DNA of 64,000 bases from NCBI GenBank assembly GCA_000708835.1, contig DF236990.1, forward strand, positions 236,173 through 300,172. Direction: 5' to 3'. The DNA is from Klebsormidium nitens (taxonomy: Eukaryota; Plantae; Klebsormidiophyceae). Made by a program: the position numbers and the translations under genes. How positions within the stretch are numbered: the stretch's first letter is position 1; each line of letters begins with the position of its first letter. Positions 44,351 to 59,300 of the stretch are shown piece by piece. The notes below the pieces were generated by a model. The model was not told where the DNA came from. It did no database searches and saw only the letters and a program-made list of their open reading frames with translations.

Positions 44351-47300
44351 ATGTTGGGGGCAGACTTGGCGGTGGGGCCGAGTGGACAAGCTGAAGGGGA
44401 CCCGACAGACGGCGGCTCATTCTCTGGTCCCAGAAGTGGAACGGCGGTCAATAGTTGCCCCGTTGAAAACGCCGTAGCTATGCTTGCCGCAAATGGTGGA
44501 GCTGTGGGGCAAAGTCCGGGATCAGCGGGAAAAGTGCGCCAGTCTCGGGCGCCTCGTGGTCTCTCTTGTGCTCAGTGCGGCGTCTCGGATGCACTGGTTC
44601 GAATAATTGCTCACAACAAGGATGGGGAGGGCTACCATTGCGGGGCCTGTTACCAGCACCGCCGGAAGCTTGAAGGACCCCTACCGGCGGCCTTCCTTCC
44701 CAGAAGAAAGGCCGGTCTCATGAATGACCGTCCCCATGCCCACAACGGGGCCGTGCAGAGAGGGGCAGGTATAGTCGCCGGAGGCGCTCTAGGGCCAAGC
44801 GCGGTAGGAGTTGCAAGTGGTTTGCGAAAGGCGCCAATCATGACGGGTAGCGGGGCAAAAGGCGCGGCAGAAAATCGGAAGAAGCGGAAGGTTTCGGAAG
44901 GGGGGACTGGTGGGACCCCCGCAAAGAAGCGCCCCCCTCCAGAGGGGGCGGCTGCTGTCGGCACGGGGGAGACCGTTCACGGGGATGAATCGCAGGCAAA
45001 TGGTGGGAATGGAGCAGACGGGATCGGAGCAGCTTCGCTTGAAACGGGGGCAGGGGCCAGTCCTTCCTGGCAGGCTGGCAAAAACGTTTCTGCACAGACA
45101 ACAGACTTTTCCAACCCGGCTCCGCTCACTCCCTCCGAGCTGCTGGATGTGGCAGCGGCTCCGCCTGTTCCGGTCAAGTCAGCGGGCAGCCCGGAAGACG
45201 AGGCGACCCTGCAACAAAAGGCGCTCGAACTGGCGGAGGCCCATCCTGCGGACCAGCCTTGGGAAATGGAAGACATCGACGGCTTTGTGGATTCTCAGGT
45301 GCGTCTGCTTGAGGAGTTGTCCCCCGCTGAAAGTATGAAGAGGCCGTGTGTCCGGGAAAAACCCTCAGGACCTGATGAAGAAGGAGGGGCGCCTGCGGGT
45401 GCAAACGGGGGGCTTCCGGTTGAGAAGGCAGGGGATCCCCCGGGATTGCGGAAGGTGGAGGAACGAGAGGCGCCAGCTGGCGGCGAAGCGAGAATGCCAG
45501 GTGGCAGCAGGGACGCCGCTGGTCCAGACCACTGGCTGCAGGATCTTATCGTCGAGCCTGACGGGCGGCAGGAAGTCGTCTTGGGGGACGCAGTGCCAGG
45601 GGGTGACATGCTAGCGTCCCCTGCTTCGATAGAAGGCGCTTCTCAGGGGAAGACGGCAAGTGAGGGTGAAGAGGAGAGGGGTTCTGCAGCGCAGGGGAAG
45701 AAGCGGGGGGGGGTGAGGACTGTAGTCCTTGGAGTGGCCGAGGTTGCTTCCAGGCTTGCCTCAAAGTTGCTTGGGAAGAAGGCGCAACGTGGCGATGGGG
45801 GCTTGGATTCGGAAGCTGCCGCAGAGCCTGGCATTGGTAGGAGACCCCAAGAAGTGGTCGCCCTGACTAGTAGGGAGACAGAGCCCCAGTCGCCGTCGGG
45901 GGCTCTGGAAGGTCCGCTGTCAGACGAGCCTGACTCGCTGCCATCCTTGGGAAAGCGAAGTACATTGCAAAATGGGGGGCAGGAGGAAGATGGTGGAACC
46001 GCCCCCAAGGAGGCGGCTGCGGAGGATGGGGTAGCAGCTTCAGAGATGCTAGAGGCAGCGAAGGGGTCGGAGAAGGGTCCAGCGAACGGAGCGTTGGCGG
46101 GACCTCCGACTCAGGTGAGCCCTTAGGAGCGCAAGCAGATTGAGGAGAAGCCCGGAAAGCAACGTTAAAAACATCTGCAGAATCACATGGACGTTCTTGA
46201 ATCTTCAAAACGGTCTGCCGACAGACGAACGTCCGTGGTCGGCAATGCGTTCAATCATCCGAGAACTCTCGCGAAATAATTGCAGACTTTTCCTGACGTA
46301 AGCAGGCTAAAACTATCAGCACTAAGCGCCAGGGGCAACCTTGTTGTCAAGAGCAGGCACTTTCAGGAAGCCCCACCTCGCAGCCTGGCCCGCGTGGACC
46401 AACATAGCTCGTGTTTCATTGCAATACAAGAAGCAGGTTCGTTGGTCGTCTGTCTATTGTTCATGTCTATTGTTCAGACGTCTTTTCACCCATCATATAC
46501 CTATCCAACAAAGATTCTTAAGTCTTTGGACAGACACGCAAGCTGTCTGAAGCCTGAACTCAAACACGTGTGTTGCAGAAACGTGGCGGTCAGGTATTGG
46601 GCAACGGAGGGGACTCCGTCGGGGCCTCCATTGGTGGTTCTGACGACGTGGGGGCAAGCACAAAGGGAGGCGGTGGAGAGGATGAGAATATGGGTGATGT
46701 CCCCTCAGTAGTCAGTAGCCTGTCGGGAAAGGGGCCTGCGGGTTCGATTCTGCGAAACACTGGTGAAAAGGCGGGCAGCAGGGCGGATCTCTCAGAACCC
46801 GGAGCTGCTTCCAAGGACCAGAGGGGAGCGCTGATGCCGCAGAACGGGCAGGAGACGTGTGGTGCGGGCGACGCAATGGGAAGTTTTGCAACGGACGTGG
46901 GCCCTTCAGAAGGGAGAAAGCGGAAGCGAGCGCAGGTGGGAGACTGCTTGAGAGGGGCTGATGTTGGAAAGGAGAAGCGGAAGCGGGTCCGGTTGGATCC
47001 GGCCTGTGCGCAGTGCCAGGTGAAGATCGTGCATACGAACTACAGGCGGCATGGGCCGGACGGGTCAAATTGCCTTTGCGTCACGTGCGGAGACGCCTGG
47101 GCTGCGACTGAGGATGGCCTCAAGTGGGCGCTGCATAAGTTCGGAACGGCTGAGTGTGCAAACTGCAAAGTAAACACGACATTTCGACGGGAGGGTCCCG
47201 CAGGAAAGGGCACGCTGTGTGACCGGTGTGGGACAACCTGGAATAACCGGGGAAGGCCGGAGACTTTCTCGTGGGACCCTCCCCACGTGCTATTCAAGAT

Positions 47301-50300
47301 GCCGGAAAAGAAGAGGAAAGACCCGAACGGGCAAGGGGCTTCCGGAGAAAGCAGCGGCGTGGTCTTTCTAACTCAGACATTGCGGGGCGGAGAGCAAGAC
47401 GGGCTTAGGGACGAGGAGAGTGGTTTAGAAGGGGGAAACAGTGCGACGAACGTTGGGGGAAAGGAAAGCAGAACGAGTTGTGAAAGAAGGGGGAGCGTCG
47501 AAGGCAAGGGGAGCGCTAAAGGGCGATGCAACGGAGGGAAAGTTGTGCACGAGAAGGGCAGGGGGGTTGGTGAAACCACTGGGGAAACCAGGATTTGCCC
47601 CGGTTGTGAGAGGGCGATACCCCCTGGAAAGGCGGCCGGTGGGCCTGGGGGCCAGAGAACCCTCTGCAGAACATGCAACTTCGCTTGGCTGTATACCCTC
47701 AAGAAAAGCGACCAGATCCCGAACAACAGGCATCTGAAAAACGTCCCTAACGCCTCCAAGCTCGGCCGTGGGAAGAAGAGCGTCGCTTTGGGAGAGCCTG
47801 TGGCAGTGGGGAAGAAAGGCGGCGGTCCGATGGGGGAGCGGGAAGAGAAGCAGCAGCCTGCCAGGGAAGAAGCAACAACGACGGAGGTCGTCAAATCGTC
47901 GCCGCTGGCTCAGAGTGGGTTGAAGGGAACGCGGAAAGGGAGAAAGGGGGGCGATAGCCAGCGAGGAAAAAAGTCGGGGGGCAAGGGCGGAGCGTTGAGG
48001 CAAAAGAATGTTGAGAAGGGGTCAGGGGAGAAGGGCAAAATACGGAGAGAAAAAGAGCAGGCCAAAGCGGAAGAGAAGCCGTCGGGGAAGGGGGACCCTC
48101 ACGTGGGGCGGCCAGAAGACAAGAAACAGAATATGGGCGAAAAGGGCGGTGCAATATTGGCGACGGGGCAGGGTAAGAAGTTGCCCGGGAAGGGGAAGCG
48201 GGGTCGTCAGTTGGTAATCAGAAACGGAGGGGTGAAAGAAGTGGCCATTGAATTGAAGAAGCAGCGGAACGAGGGCGGGGGAAGCTCGGTGGTTGAAGAA
48301 CCAAGCAAGGAGTTAAGTCCGCGGAATGTAGGGGAAAGGGAAAAGGGTTCCGTTTCGGAAGGGGCCACTAGTAGGGGGTGGGTGTATGACGAGACTCCGG
48401 AGGAAGGCAAGGGGGCTAAGGGCTGTGCCGGTGCAGAGAGCAGCGTCGAGGGGTACGTGTTCACGGTAGCAAACACCGGGAACCCGTTCATGACGCCAAG
48501 AGGGGTGAAGCTCTTGTCCTACTTGCTAGATGGCCCGGACGAGGAAGAGCCCGGGGAGGATCCGACTGGGGACGACCCGCCCAAACGGAAGCGGGCGCCG
48601 CTAGGGCTCGCGCCGCGCGAGGTGCGGGTCTGCGTGAAGAAGGTGCTGAAAGCGCTGGACCCGAGGAAGTTCATGGTGAGCAATCCGCTGTCGAATCGGG
48701 AGTCGTTTGTCGTCAGGGGGGTGGAGTGCTCGGTCCCCCAGGGGGTCAACGTCGGATCGTACTCAGCCGCAGTGCAGGAAATGGTCCTAGCTGCTCTTGG
48801 GGAGGAGACGAAAGTCCGGGGAAAGGCGACAGCTGGCGCGCCGATGTGGAAACCGGACGCGAAACTGTCGGAGGAGCTGCGGTGCTCGAGGAGTGATGGG
48901 CGGGGATGGCGGTGCGGGCAGGAGCGATGGGGCGAATACACCATGTGCGAGCATCACGTGCGACAAGCGAATGCGCGGAACGGGAAGAAGGGCCCTGTAG
49001 GGGGTCTTATGCAAAAGGCAAGGAAAGGGCCCGCGAGGTTGAGCGGGAAGAAGGGCGCGGCGCGGGGGTTGGTGTTGAAGGCGAAAGGCGGGGCGAGGGT
49101 GAGGGGGCTGAAGGTGGGAAAAGGCGCGGGGGACAAGCTGGCGGTGTTACAACGGCTCAAGGATGTGCAGCAAAAGAAGGTGAGGCCTCGCTTTCTGTCT
49201 TCCATCTTGTCAGCTTGGCGCGGCAATGACCAGTGTGAAGCTTTCAGCAATGTCGATCTTGCGGTCATTGCAGTCTTTTTGAACGGAGGTACGCGGTGAA
49301 AGTGTCCGACCTGCATTTCTGTGGCTTTTCATTCCGTCTCTTCGTCGAAGCTCGTACTTGACAATCTTCAGGACAGTAAGGCAAGCCCGCATTCTCTGTC
49401 TGCTACTTTCGACTCGCCCTACCTCAAGCCAACGTCTTTGTGCACCGCCTTAGGATGGCAGGCTAATAAGCACAGAAGTGGTAGCTGAAGAACGCTTCAA
49501 ACCCATCAATGCAGAGACCAGTCGTTGCGGCGCCAGCCTGTGACGCATCAGGTGCAATATTCTACTGACAGGTTGAGAACTTGGTCACATAAGGACATAA
49601 GGTCCCTGCGTTCAAGAAGCCCGTGTCTGCGACTTTTTCTGGTCTTACCACAGTTGACTTTTTTGCAGGGGGTGGTCCAACGGCGGTGCCACCAGTGCAA
49701 CAAGCACGGGAGTCTAGTGGGCTGCGGGGGCTGCGACACTAAGTACTGCCAAAGCTGCGTGGGGACCTGGTAAGGATTCCACTCTTAAGAAACACGCCTT
49801 CGACGATCTCAATCAGCATCACTTGCTTAGCAACAGACGGCAAGCATCCGCCTTGTCGAGAAAAGACCACCCCCCCGACTCAATCTGTTCAGAACGTCTT
49901 CTACGAGACTGCTGGAAGAAGAACAGATCAGTTGGTTCTTCCGACTCGCCTATGTGCTTAAACTGTTTTTCCTGTACTCTTGTGAGTCGAAACGCATGAC
50001 CATTCCTCAGTCAACGCCCCGTTGCAACCCGATTTCAAAAGCGCTAAAGTGTATGCTTTGACACTCCGGCTTTTGATGTCCGCAGGTACTCCAAGCGTGC
50101 AACCGAAGTGACGGTCCACGACGGCAGGCGCCAGTGGGAGAAGTGTCCCCTTTGCGTGGGCAACTGCAACTGCCGGCGCTGCCTGATCGACCCCGCGCCC
50201 GCAAACTACGTAAGTCCGTAAAGGCGCTTGTATTAGGAGTTTGGGTTTTTTGGTTGAATCAGAGCTTTACGATTTCGGCGTTTGTCTGCGCTCGCTCCAC

Positions 50301-53300
50301 AAGTGCCGTCGCTCCCTGATCGATTTTGTGCCCGCACGCTAAGCGATCCTCCCTGCAAGCCTTTGTCGCCAACATGCAAGCCCACCATCAATCCTTTGGT
50401 AGGAGAAATGATTCTCAACTTTGGCCCGGACTTCCTCCTTTTGAGCTTGTCATATTTTTCTGCACGGTAATTTGGGCTGCCTCGTTGATATGGGGAAGCC
50501 ACTAAATCTCGATCAATTGCAAACGGAGACGGTGAACTTGTGAGACGGGCCAAGTGCCACGTGACTATTCCTCTTTTCGAGGATTTAAAGCAGCCGTTAA
50601 AGTCGAGATCAGGACCTTCTGAAGAAATTTGGGGCTCATCGGAACCTGTCCGCCTGGTCAGTGGTATTCTTCCTTCTTAGATTCTGCTTTCCTGTTGCAA
50701 TCTATCTTTGAGTCGTCGAAAAAGAGAGGATCAACAGGTACCAGTTACTCTTCTTATCACTCCTGCTCGATTGGGAGCTCTGCAAATATGGGAGGAATCA
50801 ACGCACCTTCCCTCCGACCCGTAACTCTCTCTTCGACAGGCGGGGTGCGACACCGATCCAGCCGCCCATGATCGCAAGACGGATCTTCTCCGCTACGCGC
50901 TGCGCATGATCGCCTCGAACCTGCACACAATCCAGGAAACGCAGCAGAAGGAAGTCACGCTCGAGCGCGCGCGATCGAGCGGGCGTTACGCGGTCAAGCG
51001 GGCCAAGGTTCAGAACGACGAGAGAGTGCTCTGGTGAGGGATGGAAAGATTGCTGTGTTTGATCTTGCTGGGACCTGTGGATTAAACGAGAAGTGCCTTA
51101 TATTGCTGCGAAAGCTGATTTCGTCTGAAAGGTGCCTTTTGGACTTGCTTCTTTGTCTGTGTCAAGGAAAGGAAGTATTTGCGCTGAAGATCAGAGTGTT
51201 TATCTTGGGGCATCGATGCGAGTCTCCGCTTGGGAGGGTCCGTTTTCAAAGTATTCCGTGTGACAATCTCGAGTTCAACCGCCAACGAGTACTTTGACGT
51301 TTCGATTGGACGACTCTAGTCGTGCAATCCCTTGATCGATGCAAGAAGCGGGACGGAATCAGGTCCTGAATGCTTGGACAGCAGTGTCATTCTGCTTATT
51401 CGTCTTCCTAACACGTAATTTGATTCCTCATCTCTTCTTTGGAGGACGCCGATTGTTTGTTGAACGCAACTGCTCTTGAGCTGCTTCATTTCCAACTTTG
51501 TGCATAGTGACGTACTGTTAAGAAAAGCTGCGACGGGTCAAGTAAAGAATTCAGCCTTATAAATGGCTTTATTTGCAGAAACGAGATCTCAAAAACCCTG
51601 GCGACCAGATTTGCTAATCTTCGTTCCACCCGTTTCTGGCAGCAACTGCTGCCGTACTTCCATCGTGGACTACGTCCGCTCCTGCAGCGCCGCGACGCAC
51701 TTCGACCTCTGCCTCCAGTGCGCCGAGGACGTCCGAAACCACAAAATGGCGCCGGAGACCGGACTCGGACCTCGTTCGGACAACAGCCAAACCCAGGGAA
51801 CCCCCAAGCGCGAAGAGCGGACTGCTGAAGCGCCTCTTGAAGAAAGGGAAGGCGGTGCAGAGAAGATTGGACGGCTGGGGTTAGGAAAACGGAGGGCGGT
51901 CGACGAGGGTTCGGGTGCCGTTTCGACTTTTGGGAGGGACGGTTACGACGAAGTTCAGCGGTTGGGTGGTTCGGATATGGTCGCTTCTGGTCCAGGGGGA
52001 TCAGAGCTGGTGGACTTTGCCGAGGGGGGGTCCGAGATGGTACTGGGGTCGCAGAAAGCGGAGGTGAAAGGCGGGTGGTGGTCAAGAGAGCCTGCCGCGG
52101 GGGTGGAAGAAAACAAACCCGCTCGGCTAGGGGGGCCAGCGGGTGCGGACGGGCCACCCCCCCGGAACGAAGGGGAACATGCGGCGGTCCTAGCTGGTGC
52201 GAACGAGGAGGCTCGCGCTGCCGACGCTGCTGACGGGGGGCTCGAAAAGTTTCCGGGAGACGACACGTGTACGGTTCCCAAGGGCTATGTCCGGGGAGGG
52301 GGGCAGACGCAGCTGGAAGAAAGGGGGGGAAAGGGGCAGGCCGGAATTGCACCTGCAGAAGCGGGGGGGAAAGCGGAAGCGTGGGGAGAAGCAAAGGAGC
52401 TGCTGGAATTGGGGGCTGCTGTTGCTGATGGGGGGTGGAAAATGGAGCCAGCAAAAGAGGGGGGTTGCGAAAATGCAGCCGGAAAAGTGAGTGCGGACGG
52501 AGGATTAGCGGTTGAAGGTGGGAAAGGGGAAAGAGAAGCGGTTGTGCTGCTCGATTGCGGAGTTTCACAGCGGCCTGCCGACGTGGATCCGTCTGGCGGC
52601 GGTCTCGAGGAGGGGGATTCCCCAGCGAAAGAACGCGGAGATGCGAAGCAGACGGTGACATCGGTGGAAGTTGGCGGCTTGACAGAAAACGTCAGGGGAG
52701 AAGGGTCGGGACAGGGCGAGCCGCTGAAAGTAATTAGACCTGCGTCCGATGTTGCGGATGCGACGTTGTCTGGCACCGGCACAGCCAATGGGAAGAAGGG
52801 AACCGCCCAGAAGCAGAGTCGGCGAAGCAGTGTCAGGGAAGTTCTTGCGCTCCTAGGCAACGACTCGCCCGCTCTCGAGTTTGCGGTAGACGGCGACCTG
52901 ACCTCCGAACGGTCGAAGCGCACCAGGCCCCGTAATTCGGAGCTGGGCCTGACCGCGAGCCCGAGTAACTCGCCGACAACGCCAAAAAGGAGGCCTCTCC
53001 GGAACGGCTTGCGGCGGCGTTCGGGGAAGGGGGAGACGGACCTCGTCGTTCTGGACGATTCTGAGGGTGAAGCGGAGCCGGAAATGGACGGCGATCTGCC
53101 GCCGTGGCTGCCGACAGAACGGGGAAAGATCGTGTGTCCGGGGAAGGAGTGGGGCGGGTGCGGAAAGGGCGATTTGGAGCTGCGGTCGCTCCAAGGGGAC
53201 AAATGGATGGAGAAACTGGACAGGGGGTTGCGGGAGATCGTGGGGGGGGGGTCGGAGAAAGCTGAGGTGAGTGTAAGAAAGGTATTTCCTGTTGTTCGAG

Positions 53301-56300
53301 GTTGGTGTGTGTTCTGACTGCTTCGTTTCATCAAGCACCCGTTCCATGGCTTGCATTCTTCGAGGGTTAAAGTTCAAGGTACATGATATGTGTTGTGAAT
53401 CCAGAATGGAGACACCAGTTTTTTTAAGAAGCCCATGCAACGTTGGGCTGGTTCGTCTTCTGGGTGTCCATTGAGACGCTAACATGCGGAAGAACTTTTC
53501 CTGGTTAAATTTGTGGAGCGAGTCTGTGAAAGACTTAGCCTTGTATCCAAAGCATTGAATCTAAGTTACGGGCGAAATTGTAGATCTTCTTGCTTAATAT
53601 TGAAGATTGTTCAAAGGTACCTGTTTGTACTTTCGAATCATTTCTCATAAAGCTTGATGCCGACTTTGCAACGAGCACCTGATGAAGCATTCAGGAATAG
53701 CACTAACGGCACCAAACGGAATGTTTCATTTTTTCCCGATGGAATTGAGGTTGAACCTGGTCGGATATTTGGAGGCGTCAACGAGTTAAAGTCGGACACG
53801 CCCATTGTCAGACTTGGTCTCCATTCATGGCCCACGTGAAATGAATCGACTGGCGTATTTGCTTCATGAGACCGCCCTAATCTTTGCAGGAGCTGCCCTG
53901 CGAGTGCGTCTCGGTAGCGCCGGCAAAGGACCCGGTTGCCGGTTCATCACGGATCTCCTACGACCTCGGACTGGCCAAGCGGTCGAACCTCCGGCGGGCC
54001 GCAAGTCGAGCAGATTCTGCGGCCAACTTTATCTACTCTCCAGATGCTAGTGACATCAAAGCGAACCCAGGTATGCGGGTATAGGTCGTCACGCTTTGCT
54101 TTGGCAACGTTCTAAATTGTTCCAACGACCCACAACAATCAGTTACAATTGTCGGTAAGTTACGGATTGCATGCATGTGCTTATAAGATAGCACTCTGAA
54201 CCCCGTCTGGTCGCCTTGTCTCTGAATAGACTAAGCGAAGTCGGATAGTTAGGGCTGTCCCTGGCTTGGCCGCCATTTAGAGCAGGCTCATTTGCTTTAT
54301 CGTTCTTGAAGGCCTTAGGGGCTCGCCAAGAGAGGGGTATTGGCAGCTGGAGTTTTGTTGCCAACGTTGTCCTTATTCTATCCCCTTCCCAATCAATGTC
54401 AGGGACATTTTACAACTGACTTGCGTATTTTGAGATGGTATGGCCCCATCTCCATTCCTTCAGGCCGTCCTTCGACAACGGGAGCGTTCACAAACGCAAT
54501 GGCATTTCGGTGCATCTTTTCTGATAACTTGTGGCTGTCAGGATCGTCCTTTCTGTGGAGAGTACTGACGCGTTGGTGCGCTTCTTGTAGCACAAAGTGT
54601 GCAATACTTTCTGTTGAAGTCCGGAGCTCTTCTCTCAGCTTGATGTTGCCCAAAGACACCTGGCTTAACCATTACGCCTTCCCCTCTGCCAGCTGGCGCG
54701 CTGGAGCATTTTCAGCGGCACTGGGCGCGCGGCGAGCCGGTGATCGTGCGCGGGATCCAGAACCGCGCGGACGCGCTCAGCTGGGATCCGAACGTGATGT
54801 GCACCGCCGTCAAGGAGACGGCCAAGGACCGGGACACGTGGGAGCGAAAGGAGGTCGCGGCCGTCGATTGCCTCGACTGGAACTCGGTAAGGCCGTGCGA
54901 TTGAGTTCAGGGGAGAAAATGCTTTGAGAATGTCTAGCGGTATACTGTTTTCAGGTCGACTGAACTCGGTAAGACGGGTAGGATATGAATGACATGGAGC
55001 AATGTTTTCAGATTGTCTATTTGACAAGTTTGTTTCGGGCGACTTGGGGCCCGGGGTCGTCGTTTGGAACTTGAATGGAATTTGATAAGGCTGTCGAGTG
55101 GATAAGTTTGTTTATTGTCTAGTTGCAACTCTATTCCAAGTCGATTGCAATTTGGGAAGACGGGACGAATCTAAAGTCGTGGGAGCTGCGCTATACAGGC
55201 TTTCGGAGTGAAAGCTGGCCCGAAAGTATCTGCGATCAGCAGAGGGGTTTTGCGGGATCATTCATTGACACTTCCTGAAGCTTATTGGAGGCCTCTAAAT
55301 CCATTGCTGAATCGTGTCCACCTGGCGTTTACTTATTGTCGAGTGAGCCTCCCCTGGGGGTCCAGAAACAATATTCTCTCAGTTTTGAAACAACTTGCTT
55401 CGTTTGTTTGAGCAATCTCTTTAATTGTAGGGAGAAAAGTTTGGAGGCTGTTTTAGGAGCGCGATTTCGCGGCGTCACTGCTCATCAGCATCTCGAGACG
55501 CAGTATGTGCGAATTGGCATCAGAAGAGAGTCTGATTGGCGTTCCATGAACTTGGTTCTTTTCTTTCTATCCCCAGGTCAAGATCAAGACGCAGGACTTC
55601 TTCGAAGGCTACCTCACGGGCCGGGTTCACGGGGGAGACGGCGACGGTTGGCCGGAGATGCTCAAGCTCAAAGACTTCCCCCCCAAGGTGGACGCATGTT
55701 TGTGGGACCAGCTATTTGCAGCATTTGAATGTTGTGGCACTCGCGGGATGCGATGTATCGTGTTTTCGAAAGCTGGTTCGAAGAAGCACGTCAGTCGTAG
55801 TGCAGCTCCAGTACTTTGCTTGGCCAGTTCGGCGGGGTTTTGGCATCATTGACCACTCCGCTGTTTGTCCAAGTACTCAGGCTATGGCCTTCAGTCTGAC
55901 CATCTCATGTCTCTTTTGACAATTCTGAAGTTTTGTTCCGACGTGGCTCATCCTGTCTGCTCAGTTGAGTCTTTGAAGCTACACCGAAGTTTTGAGATAC
56001 TCGAACTTATGCCAGTACTGTGTCTTAGGCCCAGCTGAACATTATAGTTTTTCAAAGTGATGCGACTAAAGCACCTCTTAAGTTGGTCGGTCATCTGATT
56101 TCTGCAGGAAGCGATGGCTTCCCGGCTGCCCCGGCACTGCCGTGACTTTGTGGAGTCGTTGCCCTACCACGAGTACACCCACCCGACCAAGGGGCTCCTC
56201 AACCTGGCTGCTGCCCTGAAGGACGTGAGTGCCTTTCTATCAAGATCCTGCTTCAGGAATCTCTGCCTGAATGTGGATGTTTGGGAAAACGGTCGATGCC

Positions 56301-59300
56301 ACTCCACTTTCTCGAAGCTGAAGGTTCCAGGTCTCGCAGACCTTACTAGTTGCAATTGTCGGGACACTCGTGTGCTCTCATACAAAATGCTTCGCTGACG
56401 CTGTTGCGACAGTACACCCACTCACACTTCAAGTGCACCTATTCCCTCCTGCTATTGCTCCGTTGTCCAAGTCGTGTTGTTCCCTTCGTTCTTTTCGTTG
56501 CAACTCTGAAGAGGTCATGCTACAGAGTGGTGAGCCCCTTTTGACGTACAACTGCTTTCGCACGCCTTTAATCCTTTTACCCCCCCCTCAAACATGCAGG
56601 ACCAGAACCCCCCCGACCTGGGTCCCAAGAGCTACATCGCCTACGGCCACCGGGACGAACTAGGGAAGGGAGACTCCGTGACCAAGCTGCACTGCGACAT
56701 GTCGGACGCCGTCAACGTCCTGCTACACAGCCACGTCGTCCGATTGTCCAAACAACAAGAACTCGAGATCGGACGGTTCAAACGCAAGCAGCGGGCAAAG
56801 AACGGGGTTGGCTTAACGAGAGGAGGGGCAATAGAGAACGGAACGGTCTCAGGCGAAGATGGGGGCTTCGTTTCGGCGGCGAATGGACCCCCCCAAAAGG
56901 GAAGTGGAAACGAGGAGGCAGGTGGAAACGGGGCGGGATCGGGGAGTGATTTGAAGCCAAGCGCGAGCGGAGGGGGCCTTCTGACGGCGGAAGTGACCAA
57001 AGAGAACGGAGTCGGTACGGGGAAAGGGACCGTCAGCGGAGCGGCGCCGGACGGTGTTGCAGGAGGGAGGGTCCGTTTGCCTGCGGATCTGGCCGCCAGA
57101 CATGGGAGAGAAGGTCCGAGCGCAGGGGGGGGGGCGAGAGCTCTTGCAGTTTTGTGTGCTCCTGCGCTTTCTGTAAAAATCGACGGCGAGCGGAACACCG
57201 GAGCTGATACGGACGGTGCAGATTGCGCACCGCGCTCGCCGCTTACTGGCCCATCAACGGCTGTCAACGGGGAACCGTCTGCTGCGGCAGAATCCGAGGG
57301 GCTTCAGTCAGTGTCTCCGGCCCCCATGGAGATCGACAAAGCATTCCGTCCGGAAGGAGCGATTCTGGGCGCTGAAACGGAACTTCAGCGGAAGGAATCC
57401 GGAGCGCACGCCAGACTCCCCTCGCATCTTGCTTCAGAGGCGAATGGAACGACAGGGGGCGCGGGACTGGTGCCGGAAATTGACACTCTGCCGGGAGTTG
57501 CGCCTGCGCCGCAGCCTGCGGCGGCAGACGCGGTGTCAAACGAACCTGTCGCCCAGAACGGAGAGACTGCGGCCGAAGCTCCACAACCTGAGAGTTGCGG
57601 CTTATTGGAAAGTCCCGATGGAGAGAAGCGCGAGTTGCGGTCAGTAAAGCGGGCGAGAGCGGAAGGGGGGGTCCAAACTGGGGCGGAAGAGGGGGGTTCG
57701 GCAGAGGGAACGCCGCCAGCGAAGCGCCCAAAGCTTATGAGCAGAAAGGAGCAAGAGATTATAGAGAAAAGGGAAGCCGCGGCCCTCCAGGCTAGGGGGA
57801 GTGCTCAGCCGCTGGCAACCGAGTCGGGGGGGAGGCTTCGCCCGGCAAACCAGGCCCCCCTGCGGAGTCTGGGACCCGGGTATCAGAGCGCAAAAAATGG
57901 GAAGCTGAAACCGAAAGCGAAGCCTGGTTCGGGTACAGCTAAGGGGATTCTGGTTCAGCTGAAGAGCGTGGCGGGGGGGCTGAAGCCGGGCCAAAAGAAG
58001 GGGGGGGCGAAGAAACGGCGGAAGGAAGAGGGGTATGGCGGAGCGGAATGGGACATTTTCCGGCGGGAGGACGTGCCAGCGCTCCGCGACTTTCTGCTGC
58101 GGCACCGGGAAGAGTTTTTGCACTTCAACGAGCAAGTCATTCCGCGGGTGGGTGTCCCGTCGCTCTAACGATCCCTCCGTTCAGGGTCTTGGGAATCCAG
58201 GAGTCGAAAGGCTGCTTCCGCTACAACCACATTCAGAGACGACAATTGTCAGCACGTGACGTAAACTAGGCATATGATGCACATGCTGCGGATGCGTGCT
58301 TCTGTACCGACTGTTCGGTTACCATTTGAGCTGGAGCTCTGGGCAAGTGCCGTAATTCTCTCTGCCAAGACGACAAAGTCTGCGCAACGGTTGAAGCGCT
58401 CTCCAGCTAAGCGGCCGCAGCCTGAGCGAACGGATCCGATCTGGCCTTTCTCATGCTTCCGCTGTCCCTCTTCCCGCGTTTCCTCGCAATAATCTACTTT
58501 GCGTGAGTTGCCTCCCGTTTCTTCCACTCTTCATTTCCTCTTAACGGCCGGTTTTGTGCTAACCCGCAGGTTGACCACCCCATCCACGACCAGACCTTCT
58601 TCCTGACACACGAGCACAAGCGAAAGCTTAAAACGGAAACGGGTGAGATTTTGGAAGGCTTCTCATCTTGAAAGAAAGAAGGGAAAGGGTGAAGCGTAAG
58701 AGCCTATTGGAATGAAAAACGAAGCTTGAAATTAAGGGCGCCCCTTGATCATTGCAGTTCTCTACGGTTGTTGACGCTGGCTTTGTGGGCGCCGTTCATT
58801 CGCATGACTTGAGAAGCAGTCAAATTGCTCCTTATAGCAGGGTTCTGCTGTAAATCCAGACTTCGAAGGTGGAAAAGCATACCAGGCGTTAAAAAGCCTG
58901 CACTTGTCATGCGGCCAGATCGTCACACACACCACGAAGCTTATGCTTCTGAGAACCGGTCCTGAGAATCTAGAAAGGGCTGTGTCAGACGTTCAAGTTC
59001 TGAACACCGGATTCCGCACCTTGGAACTCGAACCCGACCGCTGAACCAGGTTCGGACCTGGGCCTTGAACGCGAACTTCAAAAATGTGCGTGCAACTCTC
59101 ATCTTTGTCGCGCCGCGCAGGCGTTGAGCCGTGGACGTTCGAGCAGTACGACGGGGAAGCGGTGTTCATCCCAGCGGGGTGTCCTCACCAGGTCCGAAAT
59201 CTCAAGGTGAGGTCCGAAAAGGATCTTTGCCCCAGTAAAGCTTGTCTTCTAAAAGCGGAAGCTTAGTGCTAAAATGTGAAAGCTTATGGGCTGCAGATGA

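Noticed and set aside
51486-53334. Long minus-strand ORFs (391 aa, 349 aa), and similar ones at 15623-16429, 44650-46208, 47373-48944 and 56641-58135
   Set aside because: Antisense shadows of GC-rich, low-complexity coding exons; Pro/Ser-rich with no motifs.
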